The notes under the pieces: model-generated
What the model saw: only the letters and a program-made list of their open reading frames with translations
Told to the model about the DNA's origin: nothing
Databases searched by the model: none
Shown here: piece after piece, positions 1 through 9,523 of the stretch
Position numbering within the stretch: position 1 is the first letter of the stretch
How the letters are laid out: each line of letters starts with the position of its first letter
Position numbers and translations under genes: made by a program
Origin: a virus
Lineage: Duplodnaviria > Caudoviricetes
DNA length: 41,408 nt
Reading direction: 5' to 3' (one strand)
IMG/VR virus record: IMGVR_UViG_3300022917_000019
Location: 1-41,408 of that record

Positions 1-140
1 GGTGCGACGCGAAAGGTACTTGTGGCCGTTGTAGACCGTCCCACCACCACCGCTGACGCGGGCGGCTGGACCGAATCGCCCGACCAGGGCGACCACGCCG
101 CGCCGCCCGAGGCGCCCGTGACCTCCCCGCAGACCGGGAC
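1..140. repeat. Terminal direct repeat, left copy (circular assembly overlap)
   Basis: 1-140 is identical to 41271-41408 except ACCTCCCCGC here versus ACCTCCGC at the end (2 fewer C). Confidence 0.97.
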
Positions 141-1101
141 GAACGGCCTTGATGCCGCCGGACAGGCGCTGCCGCCCGAGGAAGCGACGGACACGAACGA
201 GCCACCCCGGCGCCCGGATGGGCGGTTTGAGAAGGGCGGATTCCGGCGCCGTGCCGCCAGTCAGCAGGCGACGGCCGACGACGTGCCGCGCATTCAGGAA
301 CTCACCCGGCGCCTGCGCGAAACCGAGCGCGAGCGCGACGCCTACAAGGCGGGCGGCGCGCCCCCGGCGGCATCCAACGGGAACGGACACGTTCCAGCGC
401 CCGAGGCCCCCGCCCAGGCGGCTCCACCCCCGGCCCCGGCCCCGCGCCGGGATCTGCCGCCCCCGCCCCCACCGTTCAATCTGAAGGAGCCCGAATTCTC
501 CGATTTCGCGGCCAGCGCGGACCCGTTGCGCGACTACACGAAGGCGATGGCGCGCTTCACCCACGCCGAGCAGCAGCACGAGTACGCCACCCGGTACTAC
601 GCGCACCAGCAGCAGCGGGCGGCGGGCCAGTCCGACGCCGAACTCCGCGACATGACCCAGGCCCACTGGCAGCGCATGGCGGCGATCGCGAACGACCCGC
701 AGCACGCCGCCGTCGTCACCCAGTTCAAGGACGATAGCCGTCCCATCACCCCGGCGGTCCTCCAGGCCATCGTCCGCAGCGGCGATCAGTCGGCGCACCT
801 CACGTTGGCACTGCTCCGACAGCCTGGGTTACTTGAAGAATTGACGCTCGCGACTTACGATAAGCCCGCGACACCCGACCTCGTTGCGCTCGTGCAACGC
901 CGCTTACAGTCATTGGGGCTTTCGGCCGCACCGACCGGATCGGTCACTGCCCCGGTATCCAGACCAGCGCCTCGTCCACCTAATCCGGTGCGGACGGCGC
1001 CTGAAGCACCGCCACGGGGCCTCCCCGGTGACGATGCGTCGATGGCCGATCACGCGGCGGCGTTCCACAAGCCGCAGCGGTCCCGCCTCCGACGCGATTG
1101 A
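22..1101 (+). CDS. Putative capsid scaffolding protein
   Basis: GTG start after AAAGGT; lies directly before the capsid gene; acidic/Pro-rich N-terminus, 'RRPDGRF' motif, coiled coil (PRIQELTRRLRETERERD), 'EPEFSDF' motif and basic C-terminus, as in P22-like scaffolds. Confidence 0.75.
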   Translation: MAVVDRPTTTADAGGWTESPDQGDHAAPPEAPVTSPQTGTNGLDAAGQALPPEEATDTNEPPRRPDGRFEKGGFRRRAASQQATADDVPRIQELTRRLRETERERDAYKAGGAPPAASNGNGHVPAPEAPAQAAPPPAPAPRRDLPPPPPPFNLKEPEFSDFAASADPLRDYTKAMARFTHAEQQHEYATRYYAHQQQRAAGQSDAELRDMTQAHWQRMAAIANDPQHAAVVTQFKDDSRPITPAVLQAIVRSGDQSAHLTLALLRQPGLLEELTLATYDKPATPDLVALVQRRLQSLGLSAAPTGSVTAPVSRPAPRPPNPVRTAPEAPPRGLPGDDASMADHAAAFHKPQRSRLRRD

Positions 1102-1140
1102 TCATCAGGGTCGGCCCTCACGGCAAGTCTGTGAGCGAGC

Positions 1141-2370
1141 ATGGCCAACTACATCATCACGCCGACGTGGGTCACGAAGGACACCGCGTTGTTCTGGGAC
1201 AACAGCCTCAAGCTGGTGGGCAACTTCGACCGCCAGTGGAACAAAGAGTGGAACAACAAGCCGAAGGGTTCCCAAATCGGAGACACCGTCCAAGTCCGCA
1301 CGCCGCAGCGGTGGACCGTCACTGAGGGACAGGCCCTCGTCCAGCAGTCGATCCTCAATCAGACCGTCCCCCTCACCCTGAACCACCAGTACAACGTCGG
1401 CATGGGGTGGTCGTCCATCGAGGACACCCTCCAGATCGAAGAAGTGCAGGACCGCTACACGCGCCCGGCGGGCGTGGCCCTGGCGAATAAGACCGACGCC
1501 GTCGCGGGCGCCGAGGTCTATCAGTCCATCTACAACGTCGTCGGGTCACCGGGCGTGCCCCTGGTGAACAAGGACTGGACGGATGCCGTCGCGCTCCTGC
1601 AAATGACGGGCACCCCGGAAGGCTACGTCGCGGTGATCGACCCGCTGACGCAGTCGAAGTTGCTGAACGACAACTTCGCGTTGTTCGGCAAGCAGTATCA
1701 GGAGTACTTCCGCACCGGGCAGTTCTCCGCGATGGCCCTGGGCGTGGACGAGTGGTACTACGACGCGGTCCTGCCGATTCACCAGTCGGGCAGCTTCGCG
1801 GCCTCGACGCCGATCGTGGCCGGGGCGAACCAGACGGGTTCGACGCTCTCCATCTCGGGCATGGGCGCGTTCACTCTGAAGAAGGGCGATGCGTTCTACA
1901 TCGGCACCCCGCCCGTGCAGGGCGTCAATCCGCTGAGCTACACCTCAACGGGGATCCCGCAGCGGTTCGTGCTGACGGCCGACGTGTCGGGGACGGGCAC
2001 GGCGGTCCTGCCCATCTCGCCGTCGATCATCCCGAGCGGCCAACTCCAGACGGTGACGGCGTCGCCCGCGAACGGCGCGGCGTTGCAGTTCCTGGGGGCG
2101 ACGCCGCCCGGGGCGGGACAGGTGCTCGCGGCCACGGCGACGCGGCAGCAATTCCTGTTCAACCCGGCCGCGTTCGCGTTCGTGTCGGCGCCGCTCACGT
2201 CGGATCTGCCCGGCGCGCGGAGCAAGGTCGTCACCAACAGCGACATCAAGGCGTCGCTGCGGTGGGCCGAGCAGTGGAACATCCAGACGGACCAGAAGCC
2301 GTCGCGGGTGGACATTCTGATCGGCGTCGCGGCGATCGAGCCGTACTTCGCCGTCCGTCTGCTCAACTAG
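1141..2370 (+). CDS. Major capsid protein, P22 gp5-like
   Basis: 409 aa; MANYIITPTWV start, 'QIGDTVQVRTP', 'TLKKGDAF', C-terminal 'SRVDILIGVAAIEPYFAVRL' are typical of the P22 coat family; follows the scaffold. Confidence 0.9.
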   Translation: MANYIITPTWVTKDTALFWDNSLKLVGNFDRQWNKEWNNKPKGSQIGDTVQVRTPQRWTVTEGQALVQQSILNQTVPLTLNHQYNVGMGWSSIEDTLQIEEVQDRYTRPAGVALANKTDAVAGAEVYQSIYNVVGSPGVPLVNKDWTDAVALLQMTGTPEGYVAVIDPLTQSKLLNDNFALFGKQYQEYFRTGQFSAMALGVDEWYYDAVLPIHQSGSFAASTPIVAGANQTGSTLSISGMGAFTLKKGDAFYIGTPPVQGVNPLSYTSTGIPQRFVLTADVSGTGTAVLPISPSIIPSGQLQTVTASPANGAALQFLGATPPGAGQVLAATATRQQFLFNPAAFAFVSAPLTSDLPGARSKVVTNSDIKASLRWAEQWNIQTDQKPSRVDILIGVAAIEPYFAVRLLN

Positions 2371-2383
2371 TCGGTTCGCTTCC

Positions 2384-2423
2384 ACGCCGCGCGACGGGAT
2401 CGCCTCGTCGCGCGGCGTTGTTT
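2384..2423 (+). terminator. Rho-independent terminator-like hairpin after the capsid gene
   Basis: ACGCCGCGCGACGGG-ATCG-CCTCGTCGCGCGGCGT followed by TGTTT. Confidence 0.7.
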
Positions 2424-2448
2424 CGCCATCAGGGCAAGGAGATTTCTC

Positions 2449-3093
2449 ATGGCATGGCTGTCACAAACCCTCGCGTCGGCGTTCTCGAAGGACGCCATTG
2501 AATTCACGGTCCAAGACGCGACGGGGCTTCCGCCCGTCGGCGTGTCGGGCCTCCAGAACTGGCGGGCGCGCATCGACGGCGAGTGGATGCTGATCGACGG
2601 TCAGCCGTCCCCGAAGGTCGTCCGCGTCAAGCGGCGCGGCGACCAGGGCACAACGGCGGTCGCGCACGATGCGCTGTCGTCGGTCGTGTTCTCGGGCTCC
2701 ATCCTCGATGTCGTGCCGCTGGCGCCGGGGGCGACGACGTTCCCGACGCAGGGCGCGCCGACCACGCGCACGATCGGCGGCGACCTCGCGCTCACGGCGG
2801 ATGTGGTCGCGCAGATCGGGCAGAACACCGCGTTCCTGCTCCACAAGCTGACCCCGGCGGCGATCACGCTGGCCAAGCCCACGTTCGTGCAGAACGGGCT
2901 CGCGCTCACGTTCACGTCGGCGGCGGGTGTGGCGCACGTCGTCACGTCGGCGGGCGGCGGGTTCGGCACGGGCGTCACGGGGTCCCCGGCCAGCACGGCC
3001 ACGTTCGGCGCGTTCACGGGCGCGAGTTTCACGGTCGTCGCCGCGGGCGGGCTGTGGAACGTGATGAGCAACAACGGGGTCGTCTTCAGCTAG
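2449..3093 (+). CDS. Putative virion structural (head decoration/fibre-like) protein
   Basis: AAGGAG RBS; directly after the capsid gene; 'VKRRGDQGTTAVAH' motif and a Gly/Thr/Ala-rich beta-type C-terminus ending 'GGLWNV'. Confidence 0.6.
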   Translation: MAWLSQTLASAFSKDAIEFTVQDATGLPPVGVSGLQNWRARIDGEWMLIDGQPSPKVVRVKRRGDQGTTAVAHDALSSVVFSGSILDVVPLAPGATTFPTQGAPTTRTIGGDLALTADVVAQIGQNTAFLLHKLTPAAITLAKPTFVQNGLALTFTSAAGVAHVVTSAGGGFGTGVTGSPASTATFGAFTGASFTVVAAGGLWNVMSNNGVVFS

Positions 3094-3181
3094 ATCCCTC
3101 ACGCCGGGGTCGGCTGTCGCGCCTGTGGAGGTCACGAGACACAGGCAGGCTGGCCCCGGCGCTTTTCCACAGGATGTGCAC

Positions 3182-3637
3182 ATGGCAGAGCAGCACTACG
3201 ACGGCCCCGCGATTCAGATCAATCCGGCCTCCGGGTTCGCGGTGGAAATGCGGAAGTGGGAGGCGGGCTACACCATGTATGGCCCGCCCGGTCGTCCCTA
3301 CGCGTACAGCGAGTATCCCCGCGCGATGTTCCTGGCCGGGCATCCCGAGGGGCGTCCCGGCAAGATCGTGATCACCGACAGTCGCACCGTCTTCAGCGAT
3401 GCCGAGCGCAGCGCGTTGGAGCGGGACGGGTGGGACGCCGACCAGGATCAGGCGGTGTCCAAGCAGATGATTCGCGATCGGCAGATGGCGGCGGCAGCGG
3501 CCGAGTCCAACTTCGGGGATCGGCGGATGTCCGAGAAGGCGAAGGCCGAGCGGGCCGAGGTCGAGGACGCGACGGCGCAGCATGTCGCGGAGATTCCGGC
3601 CGCGCATCCCAAGACCGGGCGCCGCGTCATCGAGTAA
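3182..3637 (+). CDS. Hypothetical protein in the head module
   Basis: ATG at 3182 after AGGA; 'SEYPRAMF' motif; codon usage matches the rest of the phage. Confidence 0.65.
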   Translation: MAEQHYDGPAIQINPASGFAVEMRKWEAGYTMYGPPGRPYAYSEYPRAMFLAGHPEGRPGKIVITDSRTVFSDAERSALERDGWDADQDQAVSKQMIRDRQMAAAAAESNFGDRRMSEKAKAERAEVEDATAQHVAEIPAAHPKTGRRVIE

Positions 3638-3664
3638 CGCCCGTTCCGGGCACGGGGGCACACC

Positions 3665-4456
3665 ATGGTGACGGCGGCGGCGCTGCTTCGGATGTCGATG
3701 CAGGATCTCGGCGTCCTGGGCGCCGGGGAGTCTGGCTCGGGCGAACACCTGTCCGATGGCCTGCGCCGCCTCCAGATGATGTTGGGCGGGTGGGGGCTCG
3801 ATGCGCTCACGGCGGCGCGGACACAGGGCGAGACGTTCCCCACGATCCCCGGCAAGTCGCACTACAGCATCGGTCCAGGGCTGGACCTCGACACACCGCG
3901 CCCGGTCGGGCAGCAGTCGGTCGTCGCGGCGGGACTCGTCCTGAACGCGGGCCAGCCCAACGCGGTCGAGATCCCACGCGGCATGATGACGTACGACCAG
4001 TACATCGGCATTCAGATCAAGACGCTTCGCAGTCCCCTGTTCACGCACGTGATCTACGTGCCGGGGTCGACGTCCGGCGCGCTGTCTCCCGCGTGGCCCG
4101 CGCCGCCGACCGCGGCGTTCGGCGGGAGCGTCATCATTCTCTGGCCGGTCCCGACCGAGGCGAACCCGCTCGTGCTCTACATCGAGCGCATGGTGCCGAT
4201 GTTTGAGAACCTGACCACGGCCTACCCGGTGCCGGATGGCCTCGCAGCCGCGATCCAATACAACCTGACCGTCGCGCTGGCGCCGATGTTTCAGGTCGAG
4301 CCGCCGCCGGAAGTCGTGCGGCAGGCGCGGCTGTCCTACGCGGCCATGAAGCGGACCAACTACGCCTTTACGGACATAGCTATAGATCCCATGTTCACTA
4401 TGCAAAACACAGGCGGCGGGTACGATATTCAAACTGGATCGACACGGCGGGGCTAG
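3665..4456 (+). CDS. Head-tail adaptor / packaged-DNA stabilisation protein, P22 gp4-like
   Basis: N-terminal 'LLRMSMQDLGVLGAGE...DGLRRLQMMLGGW' and C-terminal 'VPDGLAAAIQYNLTVALAPMF' pattern; lies before the gp10-like gene. Confidence 0.75.
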   Translation: MVTAAALLRMSMQDLGVLGAGESGSGEHLSDGLRRLQMMLGGWGLDALTAARTQGETFPTIPGKSHYSIGPGLDLDTPRPVGQQSVVAAGLVLNAGQPNAVEIPRGMMTYDQYIGIQIKTLRSPLFTHVIYVPGSTSGALSPAWPAPPTAAFGGSVIILWPVPTEANPLVLYIERMVPMFENLTTAYPVPDGLAAAIQYNLTVALAPMFQVEPPPEVVRQARLSYAAMKRTNYAFTDIAIDPMFTMQNTGGGYDIQTGSTRRG

Positions 4457-4998
4457 ATATGAGCCCACGTCCTGCGATGCGCGATGGTCGAGACATGCTG
4501 TATACAGATGCCGAAGGCGTCTGCGATGGCGTGCAGCGTTCGACCTTCAGCGCGCATGGCGCGGATTTTCCGAACCTGATTGGCGTCCAACTTCGACCAG
4601 TAGTGTCGTTCGCCGCGACGGATCTTCGCACCTTTGCCGCACACGTCGTACGCGTGCTGGTTGTTCACGGCGGATGTCGTGTACTCCAGATTGCTCGGTC
4701 GGTTGTTGCGCTTGTTGCCGTCGATGTGATTGATGGCGAGTCCGTTTGGTCGAGGGCCGATAAACGCAGAGGCCACAAGTCTGTGAACGTAGAACGTCTT
4801 GACGGAGCCATGCTTAGAAAGGCGTACGACCGGGTAGCCACGAATTTGGCAGATCGACAGATCGCGAGCCCGTATATACCTCATGTGCGTATGTCCGTTG
4901 CGGGGACATGTGACATTACGTCCGACACGCCTAACGTGGCCCTCGTTGCTCACATCGTAAAAGCCTTCGTATCCAGGCACCTGTTTCCACTTCTCCAT
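4453..4998 (-). CDS. NUMOD4-HNH homing endonuclease
   Basis: 'EKWKQVPGYEGFYDVSNEGHVR' (NUMOD4), 'VHRLVASAFIG...INHIDGNKRNNRPSNLEY' (HNH), C-terminal HTH; antisense to the structural operon. Confidence 0.93.
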   Translation of the reverse strand: MEKWKQVPGYEGFYDVSNEGHVRRVGRNVTCPRNGHTHMRYIRARDLSICQIRGYPVVRLSKHGSVKTFYVHRLVASAFIGPRPNGLAINHIDGNKRNNRPSNLEYTTSAVNNQHAYDVCGKGAKIRRGERHYWSKLDANQVRKIRAMRAEGRTLHAIADAFGICIQHVSTIAHRRTWAHI

Positions 4999-5041
4999 AG
5001 GGCCGACTGTATATCAAATAATGCGTTGATGGTGGTGTGCG

Positions 5042-6574
5042 TTGGCTGATTTTTCGAGTTTCATCGGAGGAAGCTATAAAGCGCAGTCTCCGGTTACGGA
5101 CAACGAAGAAACCATAAACTGGTTTTCAGAAGTCTCGGAGTCTCCGGGGGCGACCGCCCAGGCGTCGCTCTATCCGACTCCCGGCGTCGTCCCGTTCGCG
5201 ACGGCGCCCGTGGCCGGGGGCCGGGCGATGTTCGCCAGCGTCACGACCGCCGACCCGGTCCCGAATCAGGAGGGCCGCTGCTTCGCGGTCTTCGGGGATC
5301 GCTTCGTGGAAGTGCTCGCCAGCGGCGCGATCACGCCGCGCGGCACGGTCGCGGTGGACGCTAACCCGGCCACGATCTGCACGAACGGCTACGGCAGCAC
5401 GGACGACTCGGGCCGGGGGCAGCTGCTCGTCACGTCTGGCGGCAAGGCGTACTGCTACGAACTGGCGACCGACACGCTGACCCTGATTACCACGCTGTCG
5501 GATGATGGGGTCGTCGCGACGCAGGGCGCGTGCCTGAACGGCTACTTCCTCGTCTTCGACCGCGACACGAGCACCGTCTATATGTCCTTCCTCCTCGACG
5601 GGTCGCGGTGGGATCTGTCGCAGTTCTTCCAACCGAGCATCATCACGAATCCGTGGCAGGCGATGGTCATTTCGCCGTTCGGCCAGATCGTCCTGCCCGG
5701 CGTCACGACCGGCGAGATTTGGTACAACGCGGGCACGTTTCCCATTCCGTTCGCCCCCGACCTGTCGGGCCTACTGTCCTACGGCTGTGCCGCGACGTTC
5801 GCGCTGACGGTCGTGGGCGACACGACGATGTGGGTCGCGAAGACGCCCGACGGCGGCATCCAAGTCATGCAGATGCGCGGCTACCGGCCCGAGCGGGTGT
5901 CCACGCACGCGATGGAAGTCGAAGGATCAACCTACCCGCAGATCGATGATGCGATCGGGCAGTGCTACACCGAGCAGGGGCACACGTTCTACCTGCTGAC
6001 CTTCCCTCGCGCCAACGTGACCTGGGCCTACGACGAGAAGGCGCCCGAGGGGCGGCGCTGGCACAAGCGCGGGACGTGGATTTCGGAAGAAGGCGTCTAC
6101 CACTACTTCCGGCCGGTGTTCCACTGCTTCGCGTTCAACAAGCACCTGATGGCCGATCGGGAACTCGGCCTGATCTACCACCTGTCGAACGCGCACCCGA
6201 AGGACGTGGATGGCCGCGTCATCCGGCGTCTGCGGCGCTCGCCCACCGTGCAGCACGAGAACCGGCTCGTCGTCCTCAGTTGGTTTGAACTCCTGATGCA
6301 GACCGGCATCGGACAGGACGCGGCGCTCTACGGCCCGCCGCCCACGGTCATGCTGCGGATTTCCAAGGACGGCGGGCGCACCTGGGGCGACGAGCGGCAG
6401 GCGTCGGCCGGGGCGCAGGGCGCCTTCCTGACGCGCGTCTACTGGGCGCGCATCACGCAAGGGCGCCAACTCGTCTTTGAGGTCACCGTGTCGGACGCGA
6501 TTCGCAACTGGCGCATTACGGCCGCATACCTGCGGACGCCGCAAGAGATGTCGTCGGCGCGAGGTGCCGCCTAA
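5042..6574 (+). CDS. Packaged-DNA stabilisation / head-closure protein, P22 gp10-like
   Basis: TTG start; 'LYPTPG', 'RVSTHAME', 'YTEQGHTFYLLTFP', 'VMLRISKDGGRTWG', 'RQLVFEVTVSD' are typical of the family; 510 aa. Confidence 0.88.
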   Translation: MADFSSFIGGSYKAQSPVTDNEETINWFSEVSESPGATAQASLYPTPGVVPFATAPVAGGRAMFASVTTADPVPNQEGRCFAVFGDRFVEVLASGAITPRGTVAVDANPATICTNGYGSTDDSGRGQLLVTSGGKAYCYELATDTLTLITTLSDDGVVATQGACLNGYFLVFDRDTSTVYMSFLLDGSRWDLSQFFQPSIITNPWQAMVISPFGQIVLPGVTTGEIWYNAGTFPIPFAPDLSGLLSYGCAATFALTVVGDTTMWVAKTPDGGIQVMQMRGYRPERVSTHAMEVEGSTYPQIDDAIGQCYTEQGHTFYLLTFPRANVTWAYDEKAPEGRRWHKRGTWISEEGVYHYFRPVFHCFAFNKHLMADRELGLIYHLSNAHPKDVDGRVIRRLRRSPTVQHENRLVVLSWFELLMQTGIGQDAALYGPPPTVMLRISKDGGRTWGDERQASAGAQGAFLTRVYWARITQGRQLVFEVTVSDAIRNWRITAAYLRTPQEMSSARGAA

Positions 6575-7002
6575 TGGCCATCCGATTCGATCCGCAGACG
6601 GGTCAGTACGTGGATGACGGTCGCGATCCCTACGAGGCGTACCGGGACCGCATGAGCCGCTACGAGGGGTTGGCGTCGAACTACGCGCAGCAGACGCCGT
6701 GGAGCACCGGCTACCGGGCGTGGGCGTCGCTGTCGCCCAAACCAGTCGGGTCGTCTGAGATGCCCTCCTACGAGGATCTGCAAAACCAGTGGGTCGAGGC
6801 TGAGTCCACCCTCGGGTCGCGGTTTCCTGACTACCGCACGGGCTACGGTTCCTCGCCCACGGGGGAGCCGCTGACGCCGCCGTCGCCCTATGTCTCGTCC
6901 GTGACGCCGCCGTCCGAGGCTGAGGCCCGCGCGAAACTCTTGTCGGCGCGCGACCGGACGCAGGCCAAGTACACCGTCGCGTCGCTCCTGGGACGTAGCT
7001 GA
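6574..7002 (+). CDS. Hypothetical virion-associated protein
   Basis: Stop/start overlaps on both sides (TAATG, TGATG); Tyr/Ser/Pro-rich. Confidence 0.65.
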   Translation: MAIRFDPQTGQYVDDGRDPYEAYRDRMSRYEGLASNYAQQTPWSTGYRAWASLSPKPVGSSEMPSYEDLQNQWVEAESTLGSRFPDYRTGYGSSPTGEPLTPPSPYVSSVTPPSEAEARAKLLSARDRTQAKYTVASLLGRS

Positions 7003-7487
7003 TGCCGCTGACCTCTGGCCTGATCCAGACGGAACTCGTCGATAAGGACGGGTTCGTGTCTCAGCCGTGGCAAATTTTCTTCAGGGACCAAGTCACCGCA
7101 CTGGCCCAGGTACCGACCCGCGAAAAGATCGTGCAGATTCCGCCCGCGTCGGCGGCGATCCCGGTCACGTCGATCGCGACGGAGGCCTTGCCGTCGGGGC
7201 TCTACCGGGTGACAGCGACGGTGCGGGTGACGACGCCCGCGAGCAGTTCGTCGTCGGTCGCGGTGACGCTGCACTGGGTGGACGGTGACACGGACGCCGG
7301 GGTGGTCTGCTCGCTCCTACTCGTGGCGCCGGTTACGGGGAACACGATCGCGTCGGTCGGGACCGGGACGGCGCTGATTCGCAGCGGGGCGGGCCAGCCG
7401 ATCAGCTACTCGACGGCGTATATGTCGGTCGGGCCGGGCATGGTCTACGCGCTGGATCTGGTGTTGGAACGGATGGGGGGCGAGTAA
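7002..7487 (+). CDS. Putative tail/head-completion structural protein
   Basis: 'LVDKDGFVSQPWQIFF' N-terminal motif seen in proteins following gp10-like genes; beta-rich C-terminus. Confidence 0.6.
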   Translation: MPLTSGLIQTELVDKDGFVSQPWQIFFRDQVTALAQVPTREKIVQIPPASAAIPVTSIATEALPSGLYRVTATVRVTTPASSSSSVAVTLHWVDGDTDAGVVCSLLLVAPVTGNTIASVGTGTALIRSGAGQPISYSTAYMSVGPGMVYALDLVLERMGGE

Positions 7488-8435
7488 GTGGCATTTCTCA
7501 GTAGCAACGGGCGACCCATCAAGCCGGATGTCTATGTTTCGTCCTTGGGGTATCGGCCCATCGCGGTCCCGCATCCGGTCGGGATGAGCGACAAGGACTA
7601 CAGAGACTACGCGCAGCGCGTCCAGGGCGAAGAAGCGCGCCGGGTAGCGAATCTGCGCGGGGTCGATACGTCGGGCATGAAATGGGACGGGGAAAAGTTT
7701 GTCGATGCCAACGAGGTGCATCGGTATGCCGACCCCGGCTTCTGGGGGCCGGTCGCGGTCACGGCGGCGAGCCTGGGCACGGGCCTGCTGCCCAACGCGG
7801 CGACGCAGGCGCCCACGACGGCCTCCACCCTCGCGGGGCCTGGGACGAGCGCCATCACAAATTCGCCGTCGCTCGCGGTGCCGACCGCGACCCAGGCGGC
7901 GCTGAATCCCGTCGCGAATTTCACATCGAGCATCGTCGGGAATCTTCCTGGCGCTGGCCTGACCGGCGCGCAGATGGCGGCACTAACCGCCTCAGCCGGG
8001 GTGCCCACCGTCGCGACCTTGCTGAACGCGAGCCAAGCTGATCCGGCGAACAACCAACCCCCGCGAACACAGGCGAACGGGAACGCAGCCGATCCGTTCA
8101 GCAACCAGCCACCAGGGACCGTTACGCCACCGAACAACAACAACCCGAACACCAACTCGTTCAATTTGCCGTGGGGTCTGACCGGCAAGGATTTGATCGG
8201 GTACACGGGGAACTTTGTGAACAACTGGTTGAACCGTAACGCGGCAGGCGAGTACAACGAAGCCCGCGCCGCCGCCGACAAGGCCGCGCTCGACTTCGCG
8301 ATGCGCGCCTACGACGAGCAGCAACAGAAGGAACAGGCGCGCTGGGACGCGACGGAGCAGCGCCGCGTGCCGTATCGCGCGGCATCCGTGCGGACCTTGG
8401 AAGAATTCCGTCGCCTCCTGGGAATCGAGAACTAG
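7488..8435 (+). CDS. Putative DNA ejection (pilot) protein
   Basis: Ala/Gly/Asn/Thr-rich with a C-terminal coiled coil ('YDEQQQKEQARWDA...RVPYRAA'); position in the ejection-protein cluster. Confidence 0.6.
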   Translation: MAFLSSNGRPIKPDVYVSSLGYRPIAVPHPVGMSDKDYRDYAQRVQGEEARRVANLRGVDTSGMKWDGEKFVDANEVHRYADPGFWGPVAVTAASLGTGLLPNAATQAPTTASTLAGPGTSAITNSPSLAVPTATQAALNPVANFTSSIVGNLPGAGLTGAQMAALTASAGVPTVATLLNASQADPANNQPPRTQANGNAADPFSNQPPGTVTPPNNNNPNTNSFNLPWGLTGKDLIGYTGNFVNNWLNRNAAGEYNEARAAADKAALDFAMRAYDEQQQKEQARWDATEQRRVPYRAASVRTLEEFRRLLGIEN

Positions 8436-8437
8436 TC

Positions 8438-9523
8438 ATGGCCCTCCCGATTTACACCGACGACGACATCCCGTACTACTTCACGCCCCTCGGGGAGTTG
8501 CCGCCGCCGCCCCCTCGGACGCCGCAGAACCCGCAGACGCCGCAACCGACGACGAGTCCGGTCGCGCCAAGTAGTGGGTCATACCCGTGGACCGCGACGC
8601 AGAACGAGGAAACGCAGACCACGGATCCGTCCAAGAGCAGCTACAACCAGCGCGACAAGAACATCGAGTTGCAGACGAGTAACTGGTACGACTACCTCCA
8701 GATGAAGGCCAAGGAGTTTGAGGCGCAGTACGGGTGGAACCCGTACCACGACAGCGACCTCCAAGGTGTCATCCGGAACATGAGCTACGAGGGCAACCAG
8801 TACACCGACACGCAGTTGCTCGACAACGTGTTGCAGAACTGGCAACAGCGCAACAGCAATACCCCCGGCGCAGGCGGCGGCGGGAGCAGTAGTGGCGGGG
8901 GTGGGGGCGGCAGCAACGGCTACAGTGGACCGTTCGCGGCGCCACAGCCGGGGGCCGGGTGGATGCCGACGTATACGGCGCCGGTCTTCCAACCGCCCGC
9001 CCCGCTCAACATTCCGACGTGGAACGCGCCCGCGCCGTTCGCCTACGACCCGTTCGCCCCGCCGACGCTCGATCAGGCCCGCAACGAGCCGGGCTTCGCG
9101 TTCGCGATGGAGCAGGGCGGGCGCGCCCTGGAGAACAGCGCCGCGTCCAAGGGGCTGCTGCGGACGGGCGGCACGCTGAAGGAACTGATCGGCTTCGGGC
9201 AGAGGTTGGGCGAGCAGAACTACGGCAACGTCTATAACCGGATGCAGGGCACCTACGGCGTCAACCGGAACAACGCCGCCGACATCTACACGAAGAACTA
9301 CAACGCCGCCCGCGACACCTACGGCGCGGGTGTGGATGAGATCACGGGCGAATACAACAGTCTCTACAAGACGGCCCAGGATGCGTTCACCAACGCCACG
9401 ACCGGCGCACGGGACGAATACGCGCCGCGCCGCGCCGAAGCCGAGGCGAACTTCAAGCGCGACATGGACATCTGGCTCGAAAAGATGCGGATCGCAGGGC
9501 TGATTGAACAGGACTCCGAGTAA
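8438..9523 (+). CDS. DNA ejection/transfer protein, P22 gp7-like
   Basis: 'EPGFAFAMEQGGRALENSAASKGLLRTGGTLKELIGFGQRLGEQNYGNVYNR' matches the characteristic DNA-transfer protein motif. Confidence 0.75.
   Translation: MALPIYTDDDIPYYFTPLGELPPPPPRTPQNPQTPQPTTSPVAPSSGSYPWTATQNEETQTTDPSKSSYNQRDKNIELQTSNWYDYLQMKAKEFEAQYGWNPYHDSDLQGVIRNMSYEGNQYTDTQLLDNVLQNWQQRNSNTPGAGGGGSSSGGGGGGSNGYSGPFAAPQPGAGWMPTYTAPVFQPPAPLNIPTWNAPAPFAYDPFAPPTLDQARNEPGFAFAMEQGGRALENSAASKGLLRTGGTLKELIGFGQRLGEQNYGNVYNRMQGTYGVNRNNAADIYTKNYNAARDTYGAGVDEITGEYNSLYKTAQDAFTNATTGARDEYAPRRAEAEANFKRDMDIWLEKMRIAGLIEQDSE

Noticed and set aside
2360-2449. Capsid read-through or frameshift into the next ORF
   Set aside because: No slippery heptamer at the capsid end; a terminator-like hairpin intervenes and the next gene has its own AAGGAG RBS.
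4453-5041. Group I intron or intein carrying the HNH
   Set aside because: Both flanking genes look complete with their own stop and start, the HNH is antisense, and there is no room for an intron core.
4459-5049. 196-aa + strand ORF
   Set aside because: It is the antisense shadow of the NUMOD4-HNH gene and has no recognisable motifs.
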